From positions 824,499-856,498 of the forward strand of contig JAWAHN010000001.1 in assembly GCA_038889235.1 (NCBI GenBank): a stretch of 32,000 bases of DNA, in the 5' to 3' direction. Source of the DNA: Candidatus Jordarchaeales archaeon. GTDB lineage: Archaea; Asgardarchaeota; Jordiarchaeia; Jordiarchaeales; Freyrarchaeaceae. Both the position numbers and the translations under genes were made by a program. The notes under the pieces are model-generated. The model saw only the letters and a list, made by a program, of their open reading frames with translations, was not told where the DNA came from and ran no database searches. Positions 9,179 through 17,441 of the stretch are shown here, one piece after another (positions within the stretch are counted from its first letter, which is position 1; every line of letters begins with the position of its first letter).

Positions 9179-9892
9179 TTGGTGTGGGATCCTTCCGCTC
9201 CACCATGCTCAACCATTATAGTGTTTGGAGCAGCCATTTTAATGACTTTTATTTCGAGCTTAATTAACAGACTGCTCTTACCAATAGCTAAGATAAAGAG
9301 GTATTCTCAAGAAATAAGCAAGTGGAAGAAGGCCTTACAGAGGGCGCGTGAAACCGGAGACGAAAAATTAATGATAAAAGTTAAAAGGAGACAAAAGCTC
9401 ATCGAGAGAATGCAGCGGGAGCAAGCCAGCCTTCAACTTAGACCATTACTCGTTTACTTCATACCTTTCTTAATCATGTTCTACTACTTGAGTAGTTTTT
9501 ACAGTTTCCCGTTGGGCCCAGTCGTCTCGCCAAGCATCGTCGCCGTATTACCGTTCTCGGTTACAGATGTCCCAGGATTCCCCCCAGGAACTTTTGGAGG
9601 ATACGTGAGCCCACTACTTACCGACGTGTCCGCAGTCTATCCGTTACTTCTCGTTTTGTGGCCGAGGGTATATCTCATGCAGCTGATCCCAGAGCTTTCA
9701 AGGCTGCAGGCTTTACTTAACTTGCTCAAGTTGACAATAGGTTTAAATGTAGATTTGCCATTTCTCCCTGTCGTTGACGGTTGGGCACCATTGCCCGGAT
9801 TTGGACTGTGGTTCATTTGGTGGTATTTCATGACGAGCGTTGCTTTCGGAAGCCTATTTCAACGCCTTTTCGGACTACGCATACAACAATAA
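9179..9892 (+). CDS. EMC3/TMCO1/Get1 (Oxa1 superfamily, DUF106) membrane protein
   Basis: TM1, then a charged coiled coil, LRPLLVYFIP TM2 and a C-terminal WWYFMTS TM3; conserved position between adk and rpl34e. Confidence 0.88.
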   Translation: MVWDPSAPPCSTIIVFGAAILMTFISSLINRLLLPIAKIKRYSQEISKWKKALQRARETGDEKLMIKVKRRQKLIERMQREQASLQLRPLLVYFIPFLIMFYYLSSFYSFPLGPVVSPSIVAVLPFSVTDVPGFPPGTFGGYVSPLLTDVSAVYPLLLVLWPRVYLMQLIPELSRLQALLNLLKLTIGLNVDLPFLPVVDGWAPLPGFGLWFIWWYFMTSVAFGSLFQRLFGLRIQQ

Positions 9893-9911
9893 AATTGGGG
9901 TGATGGTTGAA

Positions 9912-10181
9912 ATGCCGGCGCCAAGGTTAAGATCTAGGAGTTGGAAAAGAAAAATGGTCCGAACCCCTGGAGGACGATTGGTCGTTCATTACTGGAGGGA
10001 TACTTCGAGGAAATACAGATGCGCAGTTTGTGGTGGAGAACTGCATGGATGCCCTACAGATAAGTACGAGGAAAAGGAGGCGAAAACTAAGAAGAGGCCG
10101 GAAAGACCTTACGGAGGATACCTCTGCAGCCGCTGCCTCAAGAAAATGCTGAAGGACAAAATAATGCAGGGGGTTGTCTAG
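9912..10181 (+). CDS. rpl34e: 50S ribosomal protein eL34
   Basis: From ATG 9912: MPAPRLRSRS, VRTPGG, CAVCG, RPERPYGGYLCSRCL. The ORF-track extension from 9840 is spurious. Confidence 0.96.
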   Translation: MPAPRLRSRSWKRKMVRTPGGRLVVHYWRDTSRKYRCAVCGGELHGCPTDKYEEKEAKTKKRPERPYGGYLCSRCLKKMLKDKIMQGVV

Positions 10182-10186
10182 GGACA

Positions 10187-10750
10187 TTGGTAGTGATAAC
10201 TATCAGCGGTCTCCACGGTACAGGAAAAACTACGCAAGCGAAGTTTCTAGCTCAGCGCTTCAACTTAAGATATATTTCAGCAGGAGAAATAATGCGTAAT
10301 ATGGCGAAAAACCTGGGCGTAAGTCTTGAAGAGTTTTCTAAAATAGCTGAAAAAAACCACGCGATAGATAAGCAAATAGATGAGGCAATAATATCAGAGG
10401 CTGAAAAAGGGAACGTGATTTTAGACGGACGACTAACTGCTTGGATGGCGGGGAAAAAAGCAGATATAAAAATCCTCCTAACAGCGCCACTTGATGTTCG
10501 GGTTAAAAGAATAGCTGAAAGGGATAAAAAGAGCTTTGAAGAAGCTTTAAGAGAGACCGTGGTGAGAGAAGAAAGTGAGAAAAAAAGGTATATAGAGATC
10601 TATGGAATAAACGTGGATGACTACAGCGTGTTTGACGTCGTGATAAATACATCACTGTGGGATGAAGAAACTATAAAAAGGGTGTTGGAGCTACTGGTTG
10701 AAGCGTACTTAACCTCATCTAAGAATAAGATGGGCACAGAAAAAGTTTGA
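10187..10750 (+). CDS. cmk: Cytidylate kinase (archaeal type)
   Basis: ITISGLHGTGKTT, ISAGEIMR, ILDGRLTAW and VRVKRIAERD motifs. Confidence 0.95.
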   Translation: MVVITISGLHGTGKTTQAKFLAQRFNLRYISAGEIMRNMAKNLGVSLEEFSKIAEKNHAIDKQIDEAIISEAEKGNVILDGRLTAWMAGKKADIKILLTAPLDVRVKRIAERDKKSFEEALRETVVREESEKKRYIEIYGINVDDYSVFDVVINTSLWDEETIKRVLELLVEAYLTSSKNKMGTEKV

Positions 10751-10779
10751 GACACAAAATGAAAATTGGAGGTGGAAAT

Positions 10780-11052
10780 GTGGCATTAAGGCCGGGAAGT
10801 ATTTGCGTTAAAACGGCTGGAAGAGAAGCTGGAAAGAAGTGCGTTGTTGTAGATATTTTGGACAAAAACTTTGTTTTAATAACAGGACCGCCAGCTCTAA
10901 GTGGTGTTAAAAGAAGGAGGGCAAACATTAAGCACCTAGAGGCTACAGGGGAATATATAGATATACCTAAAGGGGCGGACGACGAACTCGTATTGAAGAA
11001 GTTGGAAGAAGCAGGGTTAGCTGAAAAGATTAAGGAAAGAATTAAAATTTAA
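10780..11052 (+). CDS. rpl14e: 50S ribosomal protein eL14
   Basis: GSICVKTAGREAGKKCVVVDILDKNFVLITGP and VKRRRANIKHLE motifs; GTG 10780 follows a GGAGGTGG SD. Confidence 0.96.
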   Translation: MALRPGSICVKTAGREAGKKCVVVDILDKNFVLITGPPALSGVKRRRANIKHLEATGEYIDIPKGADDELVLKKLEEAGLAEKIKERIKI

Positions 11053-11083
11053 GCTAAATTATATTCTTAATTAAGATCTTCGT

Positions 11084-11109
11084 TTATTTCTAAAAGGTTA
11101 TTTCTAAAA
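11084..11109 (+). repeat. Direct repeat TTATTTCTAAAA x2 (14-nt period) in the very AT-rich gap upstream of cbf5
   Basis: Copies at 11084-11095 and 11098-11109, read directly. Confidence 0.75.
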
Positions 11110-11147
11110 TTAATTTAATTTATTTAAAAGTACTTAAATAAGAAGTA

Positions 11148-12205
11148 GTGGTGGTTGTGTTGCCCAGGATGCTCCCGCCGGAGGGTGTAAAGAGGAAAAT
11201 TATAGTTAAAAGTGATGACGAAACTAGCGAAGAATATGGTAAGCGCCCTGAAGAGAGAAGCATTGAAGAGCACTTGAAGGGATGCTTCGTTAACATAGAT
11301 AAACCAGCAGGACCTACTAGTCACGAAGTCTCTTCTTGGGTTAGGAAAATTTTGGAGTGCTCGAAAACGGGGCACGCCGGAACACTAGAGCCCCTTCTCA
11401 ATGAGGGGGGCGGTGAAATCCTAAGGTTACCGGCGTTCTACCAGTGGCTATAGGTTCGGCTACCAAGCTTGTACAAGCTCTTCACCTTATAGGGAAAGAG
11501 TATGTATGCGTTATGAGGTTGCATGGCGATGTTGACCCGGAGAGAGTTCAAAGCGTCTGTAAGGAGTTTATTGGACCGATTTATCAAAGGCCTCCAATAC
11601 GTTCCTCTGTGAAGCGGAGGCTTAGGGTGAGACAAATATACTACCTTGATGTGCTCGAAATTGAGGGGAGAAACGTCTTACTAAAAGTGGGGTGCGAGTC
11701 TGGCACGTACATAAGGAAGCTTTGCCACGACATAGGAGAAGTCTTGGGTTGTGGAGCGCACATGCGTGAGCTTAGGAGAACGCGTAGTGGACCATTTACT
11801 GAAGACAATATTGTAACTTTGCACGACTTAAAAGATGCTTACGTTTTCTGGAAGGAAGAAAAGGACGAGACATATATTAGAAAGGTGTTATTACCCTTGG
11901 AGACTGGAGTGCAACACTTACCCAAGTTTTACGTGCGTGACTCAACTGTTGATGCCATATGCCATGGAGCAGATTTAGCCATTCCCGGAATTGTCAAAGT
12001 TGAAGATGGAGTTGAAAAAGGGGATGTTGTGGCGATTTTGACGCTCAAAGGCGAACTTGTCGCCCTAGGGACTGCAATGATGACGCTTGAGGAAGTTATG
12101 AGGGAGAAAAGAGGTATAGCTGTTAAGACAAAAAGAGTGGTGATGGAGAAGGGTACGTATCCGAAGCTTTGGAAGAGCAAGAAAGAGTCGAACAAAAGTG
12201 GGTGA
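11148..12205 (+). CDS. cbf5: Cbf5/TruB pseudouridine synthase, spliced: join(11148..11388,11418..12205), 342 aa (335 aa from ATG 11169)
   Basis: Two track ORFs join to give GHAGTL-D-PKVTGVLPVAIG after removal of a 29-nt BHB intron. DKPAGPTSHEV, YQRPP, SGTYIRKLCHD and a PUA domain are present. Confidence 0.96.
11389..11417 (+). other. BHB-type mRNA intron in cbf5 (29 nt)
   Basis: Central helix CACU/GGUG, bulges AG^A and AA^A, intron hairpin GCCCCU(U)CUC-AAU-GAGGGGGGC. Splicing recreates GAT (catalytic Asp). Confidence 0.93.
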
Positions 12206-12220
12206 AAGTGAGGGGGGTCC

Positions 12221-12234
12221 CGAAAAATATAAAA
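12221..12234 (+). promoter_or_regulatory. Candidate BRE/TATA promoter for rpl44e-rps27e-eIF2a
   Basis: CGAAAAATATAAAA about 50 nt upstream of the rpl44e TTG. Confidence 0.55.
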
Positions 12235-12284
12235 TCGCGCTGAATTTTTCCTTTCCCAAAAGCGATGCGGAGGTTAGGTGAGGG

Positions 12285-12601
12285 TTGAAGTACCCCAAAG
12301 TTAGGCGGACGTATTGCCCACGGTGTAAGAAGCACACGGAACACATGGTTAGCGTTTACAAGAAAGGAAAAGACCGAGCTTTAGCCGCGGGAGCTAGACG
12401 CTACGCTAGGAAGAAGCGAGGTTACGGAAGCCAGCCTAATCCCTCCTACGCTGCGTAGAGGGGGGTAAACCCGTACAGAGAGAGTTTGCGAAAATAACTA
12501 AGAAGGTAAGCTTTAAACTGAAGTGTAAAGAGTGCGGGCACATTCTACACACGAAGGGCATTCGCCTGAAGAAGGTCGAGGTAGTTGAGAAAGGAGGGTG
12601 A
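12285..12601 (+). CDS. rpl44e: 50S ribosomal protein eL42 (L44e), spliced: join(12285..12439,12469..12601), 95 aa; absent from the ORF track
   Basis: Manual translation [20 protein letters not shown]...[10 protein letters not shown]|[24 protein letters not shown]...[10 protein letters not shown]. Canonical position before rps27e. Confidence 0.95.
12440..12468 (+). other. BHB-type mRNA intron in rpl44e (29 nt)
   Basis: Central helix GCCU/GGGU, bulges AA^U and AA^A, hairpin CCCU(C)CUACG-CUG-CGUAGAGGG. In-frame TAG at 12456. Splicing gives CCT AAA CCC (P-K-P). Confidence 0.92.
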
Positions 12602-12607
12602 TATACG

Positions 12608-12814
12608 TTGCGGAAGAAGCGTGAAATTATCCCGCAGCCTAAAAGCCGTTTCTTGAAAGTCCAATGCCCTGACTGTGGCGCGGAAAACATACTTTTCGAT
12701 AGAGCTAGCACTGTGGTCAAGTGCCATATATGTGGCACAATACTGGCTGAACCTAGTGGAGGAAAAGCACACTTGTTAGTGAAGGAGGAAAACATAGTAC
12801 AAGTTTTGAGTTAA
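12608..12814 (+). CDS. rps27e: 30S ribosomal protein eS27
   Basis: IPQPKSRFLKVQCPDCG, FDRAST and VKCHICGTILAEPSGGKA motifs. Confidence 0.97.
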   Translation: MRKKREIIPQPKSRFLKVQCPDCGAENILFDRASTVVKCHICGTILAEPSGGKAHLLVKEENIVQVLS

Positions 12815-12837
12815 CCAAATTAAGAGGTCGTGGCAAA

Positions 12838-13632
12838 TTGGTTAAACTTAGAAAAGAATACCCAGATGAAGGAGATCTGGTAGTGGCAACTGTAACGAGA
12901 ATAGCAAACCATGGAGCCTATGTAACGCTTGACGAGTACGAAGGAAAAGAAGGGTTGGTCCATATTTCAGAAGTCTCCCAGAGCTGGGTTAGAAACATAA
13001 GGAATTTTCTCAAGGAAGGACAAAAAGTTGTTGCTAAGGTTTTAAGAGTGGACAAGAAGAAGGGTTTCATAGACCTTTCTCTTAGAAGAGTGACTGAACA
13101 GCAAAGGAAACAGAAGATACAGGAGTGGAAGAGGGCGCAAAAAGCGGAAAGCTTGCTTGAACTTGCAGCTAAAAAGCTGGGGAAAACGATTGACGAAGCA
13201 TACGAGAAAGCAGGATGGCCCCTCGAAGACAAGTACGGGGAGATATATGCTGGCTTTGAGAAAGCCGCAGAAAAAGGGGAGCAACCACTTATAGAGGCGG
13301 GTGTTGACGAAGAATGGAGTAAGGTGCTTGCGGAGCTAGCTAAAGCATACGTCGAAATTCCAAAAGTTAAGGTAAGAGGGATCCTAGAACTAACATCCCT
13401 CAGAAGGGATGGGATAGAGGCTATTAAGAAGGCTTTAATCGCCGCTGAAAGTGTAGTTAAAGACGGGGATGTTAACGTTGAAATCTACACTATAGGAGCG
13501 CCGCGTTATAGGGTGGAAATATCAGCCAAGGATTATAAGCAAGCCGAAAACGTGTTAAAAGACGTGGTTTCCACGGCTTTGGCAGTAATTAAGGAAGAGG
13601 GAGGAAGTGGAACGTTTATACGTGAGAAATAA
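12838..13632 (+). CDS. eif2a: Translation initiation factor aIF2 alpha
   Basis: PDEGDLVVATV, GAYVTLDEY, GFIDLSLRRV and YTIGAPRYR motifs. Confidence 0.97.
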   Translation: MVKLRKEYPDEGDLVVATVTRIANHGAYVTLDEYEGKEGLVHISEVSQSWVRNIRNFLKEGQKVVAKVLRVDKKKGFIDLSLRRVTEQQRKQKIQEWKRAQKAESLLELAAKKLGKTIDEAYEKAGWPLEDKYGEIYAGFEKAAEKGEQPLIEAGVDEEWSKVLAELAKAYVEIPKVKVRGILELTSLRRDGIEAIKKALIAAESVVKDGDVNVEIYTIGAPRYRVEISAKDYKQAENVLKDVVSTALAVIKEEGGSGTFIREK

Positions 13633-13635
13633 ATA

Positions 13636-13812
13636 CTACTCTTTTTGCGTAAGCTCTTTCTTCAGTTTCCGCCTCCATTCTCCGAAACGGTCTTCTAGAG
13701 AAAACTTAGGAGGGTGAGGAATTTTTAATTCCCCTCCACAGTAGGGGCACAAATCTTGTTTTAAGGTATATCTTTTGCAGGAAGTACACTTCCTAAGTAA
13801 GAACCCTGCCAT
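13636..13812 (-). CDS. nop10: Nop10 H/ACA RNP protein, 58 aa; absent from the ORF track
   Basis: Manual translation MAGFLLRKCTSCKRYTLKQDLCPYCGGELKIPHPPKFSLEDRFGEWRRKLKKELTQKE*. YTL, CPxCG and PHPPKFSxEDxF are Nop10 motifs. Confidence 0.95.
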   Translation of the reverse strand: MAGFLLRKCTSCKRYTLKQDLCPYCGGELKIPHPPKFSLEDRFGEWRRKLKKELTQKE

Positions 13813-13839
13813 TACTTACGCACTTCTCCTTGCGCACTT

Positions 13840-16377
13840 TTAGGATTCGGATGTTACTTCAACTATTATTTCTCTTGTGAAGTCAGGTATCGATGTTTCG
13901 ATCTTTAGAGGGACATGTACTCCTATTTCGAAAGTTAAATTGCTGGTGAACGGCACTTGAATGATCTCTCCCGGGTTAACTTTGACGGGCGAAATATTGC
14001 ACAACGTGTTGTTAAGGTAGACAGCAGTCACGTTGAAAGAAACACGACCAATATTCTGAACATGCACCAGACCGCTCCCATTTGTATAGACACTTGCGGT
14101 GATATTCATGTTGGCATCCAGTATCGAGTAGTCTATTTCGTATATTTTGACCAAGTGGTTGCTGGATATAAAGACCGGTTTGAAGTACTTTAGAATACTG
14201 AAGTTGCTCCAACCGGAGTACCAGCCAGGCTTTGCTTCAACCTCTCTATAGGAAATTACGAGTGGAAAGTTATTCTGCTTCATATACTGATACAACTGGT
14301 AGTCTAGTATTTTTTCACTGTAAACGGGATAGACTTCCGGTGGCGGGTCATGATAGTAGAGAAGCTTGTAGAGGGTTGTATTGAAGAACTTTGGTGTATA
14401 GATAGTTCCGGTTAATGTTGGAGTGTAGTACTCGTATTCCCATGCAGGTGGGGAGGGGAAAATCCATGGAGTGGAGAGGTATACGTCAAAAGGAATCCTT
14501 ACCATCCATATCCACTTCCCTTCATCCCCGTGGAGGTTTGGGTCGTTGTGGCCAAAGTACACTAAAACGTGAGTTGCGTTAAAGAGACGTAGAATCTGCA
14601 GGCTTTCCGTCTCATTTGTAGTAGTTAAAGCGCGCCCTATGAGCGCTATCTGGGTAGTGTTAAGCGTAGCATTGTCGACTATCGTCGTCTTATTACCGCG
14701 AACCATAATCCAGTAACCATAGTCCCACCAGGAAGCCACTATGGCGTCTTCGGGAAGCTTGTTCTGCATGAAGATAAAGGCTTCAAACCAGTCTAAATAC
14801 ACATTTCCATAACGATCTCTAGGGACAAATTGGGGAGCACCGGAATAAATGGCTACAGTGGCACCATGTGAGAACGAGAAGAACAGGATAAGACCTGTTA
14901 AAATGAGAACTGCTGCCGCAGATTCCCTCCCAAGAATGCGCTTCACAACCGCGTACCTTCTCTTAACAATAATTTTTTGTTCTCCGGACACGATTTTCGA
15001 AAGTGGGCTGTATATTCGTGATAAAGCAAAGCCGGCAAACAAGCAGGCTATGGGGGCAAACAAAACTATCAGGCGAACCATGGAAGACGCGAAGTAAACT
15101 GTTGTTAGACCTAGAAGTATAAGAAATATGTCTTCATCCTTTCTTCTCTGAAACGCTAGGTACATTCCTACGGGGAATAACAGCACCGCTACGTGGAGAT
15201 CGTAGAAGATCATAGCCCACGACGGCAACGCGTGCTCAGCAACGCTAGCCACGATAATCTCTTCTTGCCTATAGGACGGTACGACTACTGATAGATACCT
15301 GCCGCTGATGCTGAAAATCGATTGGGTGAAAGTGGACAAGGCAAGAGAGAAAAATGGGTTCATAGACGCCGCAAACGTGATTACAATTAAGATAGCTGCC
15401 AACGAAGCTACCGCTATGATGGTTATGTTCCGTTTGTTCCTAAGTTTTTCATAGAGTTGAGGGGTTTTTCTCGAAATAGCAGTTAGAAGAGGAGTTATGA
15501 ATGGCTTGATTCGAGGGGCTGCTTCCAAAACCACCAGTAAAGCTAGAATCAACATTGCCGGGAGGGAGGTGCTTGAAACCATGTAGCTGCTGCCATGGAA
15601 TGGAATTCTTGTCCCCACGAAGACGCCAAGCAGAACTGTGATGCTATAACTTAACAATAAGTTGGTTGAATATCTTTTCATCAACACTAACAGTACCACT
15701 GTTAAAGGGTAAATGTAAAGTAGGTACATAGAGGCGCCCCAGCTAGCTATAAATCCTCCAAGGGCTAATCCGGAAATAACTGCTGAAGAAACAGACGATT
15801 TCTTCAACGACCTTATGAAAAAGAGGAGGGAGAGAAGGAAGAAGAATAGGCCGACACATTCGTTGTCAACCAGCCCTGCTATAGATCGTTCAATGGCCCC
15901 TGGTAAGAACGAGTACATGAATGAAGAGATTAGGCCAGCCGTGTCATCTAGCACTTCTCTCCCAATGAAAAAGATTAAAACACATGATGCCGCGCCCATA
16001 ACAGCTGGGAGAACATAGCATACAGTGTTTATGTCAACATTGAAACCCAAAGCTTTCAAGAAAAAGAAAAAGGCAGCGGCTGTGAATGGAACACCAGGCA
16101 AATACTTTTGCGACATATCTAATCCATGAGGATACCACATTTTCGGATTGTACCAACCAAACCACGCAGAGTAGCCGTAAATCGATATGAAGGCTGCCTG
16201 GTAGTATTGTATTGTTGAGTCATAATCGGATATGTAAGGAGGGTATAAGAAGAACGGGTAGAGTCTTAACAGGAAACCGAGAAATGTTATAAAAGAAACG
16301 CCTAAAGCAGTAAGCAGTATGCGGCGACTCACTTTAAGTTTAACTCCGCTAAGTACGGCATTAAAAAGGGAAAGCAA
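13840..16377 (-). CDS. aglB: Oligosaccharyltransferase AglB/STT3
   Basis: RSIAGLVDNE, SVAEH, MVRL, WWDYGYWI, DNAT and GKWIWMVRI motifs; multi-TM N-half and a beta-rich C-terminal extension. Confidence 0.96.
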   Translation of the reverse strand: MLSLFNAVLSGVKLKVSRRILLTALGVSFITFLGFLLRLYPFFLYPPYISDYDSTIQYYQAAFISIYGYSAWFGWYNPKMWYPHGLDMSQKYLPGVPFTAAAFFFFLKALGFNVDINTVCYVLPAVMGAASCVLIFFIGREVLDDTAGLISSFMYSFLPGAIERSIAGLVDNECVGLFFFLLSLLFFIRSLKKSSVSSAVISGLALGGFIASWGASMYLLYIYPLTVVLLVLMKRYSTNLLLSYSITVLLGVFVGTRIPFHGSSYMVSSTSLPAMLILALLVVLEAAPRIKPFITPLLTAISRKTPQLYEKLRNKRNITIIAVASLAAILIVITFAASMNPFFSLALSTFTQSIFSISGRYLSVVVPSYRQEEIIVASVAEHALPSWAMIFYDLHVAVLLFPVGMYLAFQRRKDEDIFLILLGLTTVYFASSMVRLIVLFAPIACLFAGFALSRIYSPLSKIVSGEQKIIVKRRYAVVKRILGRESAAAVLILTGLILFFSFSHGATVAIYSGAPQFVPRDRYGNVYLDWFEAFIFMQNKLPEDAIVASWWDYGYWIMVRGNKTTIVDNATLNTTQIALIGRALTTTNETESLQILRLFNATHVLVYFGHNDPNLHGDEGKWIWMVRIPFDVYLSTPWIFPSPPAWEYEYYTPTLTGTIYTPKFFNTTLYKLLYYHDPPPEVYPVYSEKILDYQLYQYMKQNNFPLVISYREVEAKPGWYSGWSNFSILKYFKPVFISSNHLVKIYEIDYSILDANMNITASVYTNGSGLVHVQNIGRVSFNVTAVYLNNTLCNISPVKVNPGEIIQVPFTSNLTFEIGVHVPLKIETSIPDFTREIIVEVTSES

Positions 16378-16516
16378 CCTTTCCGTAGCCAGGTAGGCCG
16401 CCTCCTAACCGCTGTACATTAATCTCTGGAAGGAATTATCCTTTAAAACTTTCTTCACCGTTCCGTCGCAGATTCAGTACCTGGATTCACCATGCGGCAG
16501 CTGAGCCCCCGGAGGG

Positions 16517-16533
16517 CAAAAAGATTTATAAAA
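16517..16533 (+). promoter_or_regulatory. Candidate BRE/TATA promoter for rps3ae
   Basis: CAAAAAGATTTATAAAA about 85 nt upstream of ATG 16617. Confidence 0.55.
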
Positions 16534-16616
16534 GGAAGTAATTTTTAGTCCCCTTGCTATGGTTTAATTAATGAATTCACGTTGAATATTTACTAAGAGA
16601 GTGAAGGGGAATATTA

Positions 16617-17240
16617 ATGAGCAAAGAGCGCGTGAAAGATAAATGGATTACCAAAAAATGGTTTACAGTTCTTGCACCTGCATATTTCGGGAATGTTGAA
16701 ATAGGGTTAACCCCAGCTGATAGCCCGGAGAAGGTCATAGGCAGAGTGATCGAGACCACTTTGTACAACATCACTGGCGACTTCTCGCTAATTCACGTCA
16801 AAATATACTTTAAGATAATTAGTGTCTCAGGAGAGGTCGCCCAGACGGAGTTCTATGGACACGAGTTTGCCAGAGACTACTTAAGAAGTCTCATAAGAAG
16901 AGGAACTAGCAAGGTCGACGGAATCTTTGACGTTACAACCAAGGATGGACGAGCTCTACGAGTATACCCCGTAGCATTTACAGTTAACAGGATTAAAACG
17001 AGCCAAGAGAAAGCTATAAGAAAAATAATGGAAGAGGTTGTGAAAAGAAAAGCGGAACAGTTAAACTACGGCGAGTTTGCCCAAGAGGCCGTGCTCGGAA
17101 AAATAGCTTCCGAAATATACAACCTAGCTAAGAAAATAGTTCCTCTAAGAAAGTGCGAAATTTGGAAAACCAAGCCAATAAAAGCACGAGCAAAAATAGG
17201 TGAAGTGCCCCAGGTGGAGGAGGCACAAGCAGCAACCTAG
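16617..17240 (+). CDS. rps3ae: 30S ribosomal protein eS1 (S3Ae)
   Basis: KDKWITKKWFTVLAP, IGRVIETTL, RDYLRSLIRRGTSKVD and VPLRKCEI motifs. Confidence 0.97.
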   Translation: MSKERVKDKWITKKWFTVLAPAYFGNVEIGLTPADSPEKVIGRVIETTLYNITGDFSLIHVKIYFKIISVSGEVAQTEFYGHEFARDYLRSLIRRGTSKVDGIFDVTTKDGRALRVYPVAFTVNRIKTSQEKAIRKIMEEVVKRKAEQLNYGEFAQEAVLGKIASEIYNLAKKIVPLRKCEIWKTKPIKARAKIGEVPQVEEAQAAT

Positions 17241-17306
17241 CCCCAGCATTTTTCCTACCTTCCATTCATACTGGTAAATACTAAATGAAAGGAAAGGTGC
17301 TTCTTC

Positions 17307-17441
17307 ATGGATAAAAAATGTGTTAAGTGTGGTGCGTCTCAAGTTGAAGTTTTGTTGAAACAACCTGTACATGCTGGTTTTGAATACACCTATAAGTGTT
17401 TAGTATGCCATCATACTTGGAAGGAGAAGAAGCGTTTCTAG
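17307..17441 (+). CDS. 44-aa stand-alone zinc-ribbon microprotein; absent from the ORF track
   Basis: Manual translation MDKKCVKCGASQVEVLLKQPVHAGFEYTYKCLVCHHTWKEKKRF*. Two CxxC motifs; GAAAGGTG SD upstream; stop overlaps the pcc1 stop. Confidence 0.8.
   Translation: MDKKCVKCGASQVEVLLKQPVHAGFEYTYKCLVCHHTWKEKKRF

Noticed and set aside
16440-16510. Possible C/D-box sRNA upstream of aglB (minus-strand AUGGUGA...CUGA)
   Set aside because: The guide spacing is short, there is no convincing terminal D box or C' box, and no target was identified.
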